From Chloroflexota bacterium (GTDB taxonomy: Bacteria; Chloroflexota; Ktedonobacteria; Ktedonobacterales; JADMIN01), in NCBI GenBank assembly GCA_021323855.1, contig JAJPKE010000001.1:8662-72661 (forward strand): a DNA stretch of 64,000 bases, in the 5' to 3' direction. Shown here piece by piece: positions 7,382-15,046 of this stretch. Position 1 is the stretch's first letter. Each line of letters opens with the position of its first letter. The notes beneath the pieces are model-generated. The model did not search any database. It saw only the letters and a program-made list of their open reading frames with translations, and had not been told where the DNA came from. A program made the position numbers and the translations under genes.

Positions 7382-10280
7382 GATGATACTGATGGGTCTG
7401 CGCCAACGGCAGGGTAAAGAAGAACGTCGCGCCTTCTCCTGGCGTGCTTTCTACTCCCACCCTGCCATTATGCAGCTCAATGATGACCTTGCTGATGTAG
7501 AGGCCAAGCCCCAGCCCTACCCCAATGTTGTTCTGCTGTGGCAAAACGGGTCCCCGGTGATACCGCAGCCAGACGCGCTCCTGCTCTTCCGGCAGCAATC
7601 CCGGACCCTGATCGCGCACGGAGACCCGCACCTGCTCATCTACCACATCTACTGAGACCTCGACAGGAGGCGTGTCGCCAGAATACTTGAGCGCATTGAC
7701 CACATAATTGACGACGACCTGCTGAATCCGGTCGGCATCTGCCATAACAATCGGCGCTTTGCCGGTGTCAGGCAGGGTGAGCGTAATCGTCCGGTTGGGC
7801 CAGCAGAGGCGTTGATCCTCAATAGCCGCCTGGACGATAGTGGTCAAAGAGCAGAGCGCCGGATGAATCTCCGGTTTTTTGCCCGCGTGAATGCGTGCGC
7901 TATCGAGGAGGTCATCCACCATGCGGGTAAGCCTGGTGGTTTGCTGTTCCACTCGCGTGATACTCTGGCTCACGTCAGCAATGACCGCCTCCAGTTCGGC
8001 ATAGGCGCGGCGACGGCGTGTACCACGCTTATTGATGGCCGATTTGATCAATTGCACCCTGGCGCGAATGGTCGTGAGCGGATTCTTGAATTCATGGCCC
8101 GTCACATCGAGCCACTGCTCCATCCGTTCGCTGGCAGAGCGCAGAGCGAGAATATTGCCGTGCGCCTCCTGCCATTCGCTGAGCAGTTGCTCGCGCTCGA
8201 CCACGACACTGGCAAGCTTCGCCACAGCGCCCGCCAGTTCCAACTCCTGGGTGCTATAGCGATGTTCCACGTTGCCATAGTCAACGGAGACCACACCGAT
8301 GAGGCGTGTTCCCCGGCGCATCGGTGCAACGAGCGTCTGATGGAGGCCAAAGTTAGGCGCTTCTGGTCTCGCGTTGGCGGCGAGGTCATACACAATCGTC
8401 TCGCCAGCCGCCAGCCACGTGATGAGGTCCTGCGGCATATAGTCATGCAGGCTCAACGGCGCAACTGCCGCCTGCCATTGCTGTTCATGCTCGATGGTGG
8501 TTGCGCCAACTAGCGCGACCGGCTGGATTTTGAGGGTTTCCGGCTCAAGAAGCGAAATGCCAAGCCGCACGCAGCCCAACACGCTACGCGCGAGTTCGCC
8601 CAGCCGCCGCATGGTCTGATTGGCGTCTGCCATCACCGAAGCTGCCGTCCCAGCGCTTTCAGCGGTGGTGTTGCGGTCGCTGGTGGGCGCCAACACGAGC
8701 GTTTCAGCCATTGCCAGCAAGGCATTGAAGGCGCTCCGCGTGCGACGTTCGAGCATGCGTCGTTCGGTGATGTCGCGCGCGACCATCACGGCGCCTGTGA
8801 TATGGCCGGATGCGTCATACATCGGCGCGCCGCTCACACTGAGCAAGAGATTGCGACCATCCGGCGCGCGCACCAGAACGTCTATCGCTTGTGCGCCGGT
8901 AAACGTTTCGCCGCGTAGCGCACGCTGATGGGGTCGGTCATTGGGGGCAAAGGGTCGCCCCTGTTCGTCGCAGGGCACGTATGCCATTTGCTCTGCGCCG
9001 GGGAAGAGTTCCAGGTCCATCTGTGGCCCAGGCGGTGTCATGTTCCGAGCCGCAGCGTTCCATTGCACCAGCTCACCATCCGGGCCGAAGATATAGACGC
9101 CATCGGTTATCGTCTCTATGCTGGTCGCAAACATATTCGTCTGCTCGGTTGCCCGCGCCTGCGCAGCCATCCGCTGGCTTTCAATCTCGATGATGCGCGC
9201 TTCGACGAGCGACGCCGCAACTTTGATGGCAAACGCCGATAGGTAGCTCTGATATGACTCGCTATATGCTTCGTTCCAGGTCTGCGAGCTATCCACGCCC
9301 GCCACCAGCACGCCGCTGACGCGCCCTTTCTCTTTCGCGCTCAACGGCAAGACGAGCGCAGGCGCCGGTGATTGTCCGAGGGGGAAAGTGATCTCCACCT
9401 GCTGGGCAGAGGTGAAGGATGGTGAGGATAGTGTTGCCAGCGCCTCTACATCGGCAACTGATGTCTTCTCGCTGTATTTTGCGGTGTGCCGGATGGCAGA
9501 GATGAGGCGGTCTTGCGCCGAAGTCATCAGGTCAAGCGTAGCCGAGTTATCACCGGCAAGCGGAATGATCGCCGGGAGCCGGTCCATATGCAGATACTCC
9601 GCCAGATAGAGCTGATCGGCATGTGCGTCACGTAGATAGATGGCGGCGAAGGGGACATTAGCCGCCTCGTCCGCCAGCGCGTCGCGCACTTTACGACAGA
9701 TTGCGCCAGCGTCGGTATACCTGGCCAGCGTATTTGCCAGCGCGCGCAGCACCCGCGACCGGCGCTCCGCAATGATAAGCGTCGTAGTCTCGGCAATAGT
9801 AACCAGCACCCCTCCGGCACTGCCATCTGCAAGAAGAACAGGACTGAGGTAGAGGGTAAAGAAGCGCTCTTGCGGACCGGTTGGCCCTTGCAACACGAGC
9901 CGGATATTCTCGCGATGGGTGGAGCGGCCCGTCTGGCGTACATGTTCGCAGAGCGGCCCCACCGTATCCCAGATTTCCGGCCAACATTCACGACAGGGCT
10001 GGCCCAACGACTGCGGGTGCTTTGTGCCAAGAATAGCGCAGCAAGCATCATTGTACAGTTGTAGGAAATCATCACCCCAAAGGACGGCCATTGGATAGTC
10101 TGAAGCCAGACAGAGATTGAGAACAGTCCAGAGCGACGCTGGCCAGTGCGCCATCGGACCAACCGGCGTTTTCGACCAATCGAATGCGCGTATTAACGCG
10201 CTCATCCCACCTCCGTCTACGAGTACAGGCATCTGTGCCGCCGCGCTTCCTCTTCTGCGACTGCGCATATTCGCCACCAT
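7368..10280 (-). CDS. Multi-domain sensor histidine kinase (PAS/GAF repeats)
   Basis: PAS-like N-terminus (FDWSKTPVGPMAHWP), H-box HEFKNPLTTIRARVQL, N/G boxes NALKYS, DQGPGL, GVGLGLGLYISKVIIELHNGRV. Start moved to ATG 10280, which follows GGGAGGGG; the track start 10334 is a TTG. Confidence 0.9.
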   Translation of the reverse strand: MVANMRSRRRGSAAAQMPVLVDGGGMSALIRAFDWSKTPVGPMAHWPASLWTVLNLCLASDYPMAVLWGDDFLQLYNDACCAILGTKHPQSLGQPCRECWPEIWDTVGPLCEHVRQTGRSTHRENIRLVLQGPTGPQERFFTLYLSPVLLADGSAGGVLVTIAETTTLIIAERRSRVLRALANTLARYTDAGAICRKVRDALADEAANVPFAAIYLRDAHADQLYLAEYLHMDRLPAIIPLAGDNSATLDLMTSAQDRLISAIRHTAKYSEKTSVADVEALATLSSPSFTSAQQVEITFPLGQSPAPALVLPLSAKEKGRVSGVLVAGVDSSQTWNEAYSESYQSYLSAFAIKVAASLVEARIIEIESQRMAAQARATEQTNMFATSIETITDGVYIFGPDGELVQWNAAARNMTPPGPQMDLELFPGAEQMAYVPCDEQGRPFAPNDRPHQRALRGETFTGAQAIDVLVRAPDGRNLLLSVSGAPMYDASGHITGAVMVARDITERRMLERRTRSAFNALLAMAETLVLAPTSDRNTTAESAGTAASVMADANQTMRRLGELARSVLGCVRLGISLLEPETLKIQPVALVGATTIEHEQQWQAAVAPLSLHDYMPQDLITWLAAGETIVYDLAANARPEAPNFGLHQTLVAPMRRGTRLIGVVSVDYGNVEHRYSTQELELAGAVAKLASVVVEREQLLSEWQEAHGNILALRSASERMEQWLDVTGHEFKNPLTTIRARVQLIKSAINKRGTRRRRAYAELEAVIADVSQSITRVEQQTTRLTRMVDDLLDSARIHAGKKPEIHPALCSLTTIVQAAIEDQRLCWPNRTITLTLPDTGKAPIVMADADRIQQVVVNYVVNALKYSGDTPPVEVSVDVVDEQVRVSVRDQGPGLLPEEQERVWLRYHRGPVLPQQNNIGVGLGLGLYISKVIIELHNGRVGVESTPGEGATFFFTLPLAQTHQYHRTQA

Positions 10281-10540
10281 GATAACCCCTCCCACCTGCT
10301 GACTACACTTGCTTCCACTTCTCCCTTTCGCCAAGTGTGCGGTGCGCCATCAATCTTCCTTTTTGCTGCTCGTTGTCTCTGTTTATCTCGTATCACCCAT
10401 CGTGTATCGCGTAGCGACGTATCTCTGTCTGTCACATGAGCAAGCGCAGGCGCAGACGCACGCTGCAACGCGCACGAGCCAGCCTTGTTGCGATCCTGCA
10501 CAGAACATCCAGCATTGAGTGAATACGGGGTGACAGAGAC

Positions 10541-10562
10541 AAAAGAGCCTTCGCTCTTTTTT
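10541..10562. terminator. Intrinsic-terminator-like hairpin with A4/T6 flanks
   Basis: AAAAGAGC-CTTC-GCTCTTTTTT. The T6 tail is on the + strand and a weaker T4 tail on the - strand. 113 nt downstream of the minus-strand oxidoreductase stop and 23 nt after the small + ORF 10309..10518. Confidence 0.5.
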
Positions 10563-10674
10563 GGGAATGGTTGGAGCGCATCGAGCGCATAGTACTTTCA
10601 GCAAGAAGCGCGCCGATTTTTGTGGCCGATACACTGGCCGGTAGAAAAACCAGGTCGGCAAAAGTTCGTAAAGG

Positions 10675-11841
10675 TCAGTAAGCGATGGCGACCTGCTGCC
10701 CGGTGTGCGCCGCCGCCAGAATGGCCTCCGCGATGACATTCGCACGATAGCCATCCTCAAAGTCTGCGCCGTCTGGCGCCACGGAGCCGCCGCTGGTGAT
10801 GGCTGTGAAGAAGTGGTGCAGTTCATGCACGAACGTGTGTTCCCAGCCGATGATGTGCCCATGTGGCCACCAGACATTGTAAAACGGATGCGTAGATTCG
10901 GTCACGAGGACCTGACGGAATCCCTGCGCATCCTGGGTGGTCTCTTCCTCCGGCAGATAGACCTCCAACTCATCGAGGCGTTCGAGGTTGAAGGCGATGG
11001 ACCCCTTTTCACCGTTGATCTCGATCACCTGGTGATTCTTGCGTCCGCGCGCATAGCGGGTGGCCTCCAGTGTGCCGAGCGCGCCGTTCTCGAAGGAGAG
11101 CAGCGCGGCGAAGGCGTCGTCCACATCCACCGGCCCCGTGCCGCCGTCGCCGGTGGGCCGTTCGGTGACGAAGGTGCGGGTCATGGCGCTGACGTTGGTT
11201 GGCTCGCCAACGAGGAACCGCGCCAGGTCAATGATGTGCGTCCCCAGATCACCAAGCGCGCCCGTTCCCGCATCGTCCGCGTGTAGCCGCCAGGAGAGCG
11301 GCGCCTGTGGATTGGCCAGCCCTTCATGCAAATACTGCGCGCGAAAGTGATAGATGCGTCCGAGCCGTCCGGCGCGAATGATATCGCGCGCCAGCCGCAA
11401 CGCTGGCACGAAGCGGTAATTGAAGGCGCACATATGAACCACGCCTGCCTGTTTTGCCGCTTCCCACATCGCCTTCGCTTCGGCGGCGTCCTTCCCTAAA
11501 GGCTTCTCGCAGATCACGTGCTTGCCGGCCCGCGCCGCCGCAATGGTTGGTTCGGCGTGCAGATAGTTGGGCGCGCTGTTGTCGAAGACCTGCACCTCCG
11601 GATCGCTGACGAGTTCGTGCCAGTCCGTCAGCGCCTTCTGGTAGCCATAGCGGCGCGCGGCAGCCTCCACCTGTTCGCGGTTGCGCCCGGCGATGGCGAC
11701 CAGCCGCGCGTGCGCCGGAGGAGGCATGTAGATGTAGTCCATCGTTTTGTAGGCGTTGGTGTGCGCCTTGCCCATGAACGCATAGCCCAGCATGCCAACG
11801 CCAAGCGTTGGTACGTCGCTGTTGCTTTCATCTGTTGCCAT
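10675..11841 (-). CDS. Gfo/Idh/MocA family NAD(P)-dependent oxidoreductase
   Basis: N-terminal Rossmann GVGMLGYAFMGKAHTNAY and the EKP motif (HVICEKPLG). Confidence 0.9.
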   Translation of the reverse strand: MATDESNSDVPTLGVGMLGYAFMGKAHTNAYKTMDYIYMPPPAHARLVAIAGRNREQVEAAARRYGYQKALTDWHELVSDPEVQVFDNSAPNYLHAEPTIAAARAGKHVICEKPLGKDAAEAKAMWEAAKQAGVVHMCAFNYRFVPALRLARDIIRAGRLGRIYHFRAQYLHEGLANPQAPLSWRLHADDAGTGALGDLGTHIIDLARFLVGEPTNVSAMTRTFVTERPTGDGGTGPVDVDDAFAALLSFENGALGTLEATRYARGRKNHQVIEINGEKGSIAFNLERLDELEVYLPEEETTQDAQGFRQVLVTESTHPFYNVWWPHGHIIGWEHTFVHELHHFFTAITSGGSVAPDGADFEDGYRANVIAEAILAAAHTGQQVAIAY

Positions 11842-11886
11842 CGTTATACTCCTCTCACACGCCGTTGCTTTGCGCCTGACTATCTT

Positions 11887-11922
11887 TCGCTATGATCGCT
11901 ATGATCGCTCTGTTCGCTATGC
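11887..11922. repeat. 9-bp tandem repeat TCGCTATGA x4 (two perfect, two imperfect)
   Basis: TCGCTATGA TCGCTATGA TCGCTCTGT TCGCTATGC read directly. 46-81 nt upstream of the oxidoreductase start (11841) and overlapping the methyltransferase stop (11917). Confidence 0.6.
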
Positions 11923-12762
11923 TATCGTATTTTTGCGAACGACGGAGATAATATGCGTGCCACCATCGAGCGCGCCCGCCTCGCGGCACAGGTCCACCTC
12001 CCAGCGCAAGAAAGCTTCCCAGAGCGCAGGGTCCGCTGCCGCCCCTGCCAGCACCTCATCTTCACGCATCGAGAGATAATTGGAGGCGGAAACGGCGACA
12101 ATTTCACATGGATGGCGCTGGAGCAATGCCTGAAGCTGCGACCAGCGATACATGCGGCAGTAGTGCCCGTTGGGCGAGGCGAGATCATTGTCCAGATCGC
12201 TGGTGGCGATCACGCGGTCGGCGGTTTCGGGACTCTGCCTGGCAATATCGAAGACGGCTTCGAGGAACAGTTGCGTGGAGCCAGCCAGCGACATCACGCC
12301 GAGCAGGACATAACCGCCGGGCTTCGTCACCCGCAGCATCTCTGCGAGCGCCTCGTCTGCGCGGTCGAAGACATAGCTCAGCGGCCCACCATAGCAAACC
12401 ACCGCATCAAAACGCGCATCTGCGTACTGCGATAGATTGACGATATCCAGCACATCACGGGCGACGACACAGCTTTCACAACCGGCCTCGGCCATCTTCT
12501 GGCGATGCAGTTCAAGCTGCACCGGCGAGATATCGCCAACCGCCACTCGCGCGCCGATCTGCGCCAGTTCCAGTGTGAAGCGCCCCGGACCCGCGCCGGC
12601 CTCCAACACCTCATCGCCAGCCTTGACGAACTGGTGCAGGTAGTAATTATGCAGATGAAAGTTGACACGGCTGCGCGGATTCCCTGCCAGCCGTCCCCAT
12701 TCGCGCTCGCCGTAGCTGTCGTAGAAACGGCTGATGTGCGCGGCATCATAACGTTCCGTCAT
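11917..12762 (-). CDS. Class I SAM-dependent methyltransferase
   Basis: ORF 11917..13044 trimmed to Met 12762 (MTERYDAAH). Motif I VLEAGAGPGRFT. The start overlaps the upstream gene end by 17 nt. Confidence 0.85.
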   Translation of the reverse strand: MTERYDAAHISRFYDSYGEREWGRLAGNPRSRVNFHLHNYYLHQFVKAGDEVLEAGAGPGRFTLELAQIGARVAVGDISPVQLELHRQKMAEAGCESCVVARDVLDIVNLSQYADARFDAVVCYGGPLSYVFDRADEALAEMLRVTKPGGYVLLGVMSLAGSTQLFLEAVFDIARQSPETADRVIATSDLDNDLASPNGHYCRMYRWSQLQALLQRHPCEIVAVSASNYLSMREDEVLAGAAADPALWEAFLRWEVDLCREAGALDGGTHIISVVRKNTIA

Positions 12763-13291
12763 TATTCGCTTCCTCCTTTGTGGTGGCGCTGGTGAAGGGA
12801 TTGGGCGAGCGCCACATGCGCGCGATAATGAACACTGGAAAGAACAGCCAGGGCAGATTCGCCAGCAAGACGACTGGAAAATTGGGTGAGGCGTAGGGTC
12901 CGGCGTATTCCTCGCCCAGAATAATAATGACATTGGTGAGCAACACGCTGGCATAGATGACGCTCGGCAGGCGAATCCACTCTTTGCCTTTGATGTAGGC
13001 ATAGATGGCAACCAGATAGAACGGCCCGAAGAGCAAATTATCAATCCAGATGGTCATTTTCCACCAGACGGGCCGCGCAATCAGATCATGGTCAAAGGTG
13101 CGCCCCCACCAGTGAATCAGGTCAATTGCTGGCTTCGGCGGCCAGAGCGGATACGTGAAGTGTGCCGGATTGGCGATCACCAGTTGTTCCAGGTCCACGA
13201 TATAGGTGATGAAAAGGATATTGACGAGGAAAAAGGCCACAATCGCAATGTCGGCAGGCCGCCGGGAAAACGGAATGACACGCCTGCTCAT
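12746..13291 (-). CDS. EXPERA-domain membrane protein, TMEM97/sigma-2 receptor homologue (DUF2781-like)
   Basis: 181 aa, 4 TM. By-eye alignment to human TMEM97 as I recall it: [33 protein letters not shown] vs [45 protein letters not shown] vs [11 protein letters not shown]; C-terminal [10 protein letters not shown] vs LLIFMLRSP. Confidence 0.75.
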   Translation of the reverse strand: [181 protein letters not shown]

Positions 13292-13454
13292 GATTGCGCC
13301 TCCAGATATCTCGCTACCGCTATTTATGACAGCAATCGCTGCTCACATGATAGCCGAATGTTCTCCGCAGGCGCAATCACAAGCTCTTGCACGCCGTTGT
13401 GCTGAGTAGTCATGTGTGATTAAATGAAGGTGATGAATATGCGATGAAGACTTT

Positions 13455-14042
13455 ATGAAAGTGCGAGGGATATCGGTTATGGACGAGCGTGCATTGTTGC
13501 TGCTGGGTATCCTCAAAGTGCAGAGCCAGCATGGCTATCAGATCAATGAATTCATCGAACGCACGCTGGGCCAGGTGACGGATATGAAGAAGCCCACTGC
13601 CTACGCCATTCTGGACCGGCTGAGCCAGGCGGGCTATATCGTCGTGCATACCGAGCAGGAGGGCAACCGTCCGCCGCGCAAGGTCTACGCCATCACCGGG
13701 GCGGGCGAGCGGCTGTTCTTCGATCTGCTGCGGGCGTATCTGGCGCAGCCGGATCAGCCGTCTTCCGCTGGTGGCATTGCGCTGATGTTTCTGGATGACC
13801 TCTCGGCGGATGAGCGCGTGGCGCTGGTGCGCGAGCGGATAGAGAAGCTGGAAGAGCAGATTGCCAGATATGAGCGCGCGCCCAAGCATGAGCATAGCCT
13901 GGGCGTGGATGTCGCCGTTGAGCGGCAACTGCATATGCTGCGCGCCGAACGCGATTGGCTCGTCTCGGCGCTGCTGCCGCGCCTGGAACGGGGCGCAATG
14001 GAAGCGACAGGTGAAGTGGCGAGCGCGGCAACGCAACGCTAA
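13455..14042 (+). CDS. PadR family transcriptional regulator
   Basis: LLLLGILKVQSQHGYQINEFI...YAILDRLSQAGYIVVHTEQEGNRPPRKVYAITGAGE winged-helix pattern with a C-terminal coiled extension. Met 13479 is an alternative start. Confidence 0.9.
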   Translation: MKVRGISVMDERALLLLGILKVQSQHGYQINEFIERTLGQVTDMKKPTAYAILDRLSQAGYIVVHTEQEGNRPPRKVYAITGAGERLFFDLLRAYLAQPDQPSSAGGIALMFLDDLSADERVALVRERIEKLEEQIARYERAPKHEHSLGVDVAVERQLHMLRAERDWLVSALLPRLERGAMEATGEVASAATQR

Positions 14043-14051
14043 GTGCTGGCG

Positions 14052-14822
14052 TTATCCAGCGGCGGCGTAGCGCTGCACGAATGCGAGCAATTGCTGCAAA
14101 ACCATCGTAGCATTGTCGCCATCGAACAGGGCGATGCCATGATCGCTGCCAGGATAGATGTGTAGCTCTTTCGGCTGGTTGGCGGCATTGTACATGCCCT
14201 GGATATCTGAAGCATACTCGTCGCCCTCGCTATCTGCCAGGAACTTGGGCGCGGTGATGGCGCGCATTACGGCATCGGTCACATCCAGTCCCGGCCAGAC
14301 GCTTGGTGAAGAGAGTATTGCCACCGCTGCCACAGGCACTACGGCGGCGGCATTCGCCGTAATTGTTCCCCCAATGCTCGCCCCGATTAGCACAATGTGG
14401 CGCGCCCCTTGCTGCTGCTTTGCAAAAGCAATCGCCGCCTTCAGGTCGGTGGGTCCGGCGGAGATGTTGCGTTGCCCCTGCGATTCGCGTGTGCCGCGAT
14501 AATCGTAGACGAGCGCGCCATAGCCACGAGCGGCAAACTGACGGGCGATGGGCAGCCAGTCTGAGGCGTAGCTATCGGTCTGGTTGGAGAAGATGACAAC
14601 GGTTTGCCCGCTCCCCAAAAACTCACCGGCCAGTTGGATATGGTCTGCTGTGGAAAATGTCACCGCGCGCATCGGCACCGGTGGCAGGGTCGCTGTCGGC
14701 GCGGGCAGTGTCGCCGTGGGTGTTGCAGGTGAACCCACCGTCGAGGCGCTGGCGCAGGCGGTTGCGCCACCCAGTATGAGCAGCGCGGCGGCCATGAATG
14801 CGAGCGCGCGAACCAATCGCAT
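14052..14822 (-). CDS. Secreted/lipoprotein alpha/beta hydrolase
   Basis: Signal peptide with a lipobox-like LGGATAC, nucleophile elbow GASIGG, and PGSDHG near the C-terminus. Confidence 0.8.
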   Translation of the reverse strand: MRLVRALAFMAAALLILGGATACASASTVGSPATPTATLPAPTATLPPVPMRAVTFSTADHIQLAGEFLGSGQTVVIFSNQTDSYASDWLPIARQFAARGYGALVYDYRGTRESQGQRNISAGPTDLKAAIAFAKQQQGARHIVLIGASIGGTITANAAAVVPVAAVAILSSPSVWPGLDVTDAVMRAITAPKFLADSEGDEYASDIQGMYNAANQPKELHIYPGSDHGIALFDGDNATMVLQQLLAFVQRYAAAG

Positions 14823-14974
14823 GTATTCCCCCTATAGGCGTGAATAGTTTGCATCTGGCAGCAGCTATGCCAATACTGATATAGCTTATGCTCGTGAGAC
14901 GGCTGTTCGGGGATGCGTTTTACAGGCTGGGGAATCACTACATGAGAATGCGCAATAGAGACTGGCTAGTTCAA

Positions 14975-15014
14975 CACGAACCCTCCTTCGTTGTGTGGCG
15001 AAGGCAGGTTCGTG
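14975..15014 (-). terminator. Long imperfect hairpin after the sigma/anti-sigma operon
   Basis: CACGAACC-ct-CCTTCG-loop(TTGTGTGG)-CGAAGG-ca-GGTTCGTG (8+6 bp). 33 nt downstream of the anti-sigma stop (15047). No clear U-tract. Confidence 0.45.
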
Positions 15015-15046
15015 AACGTGGGATACAGTCAGTGCGGCTAGCCCAA

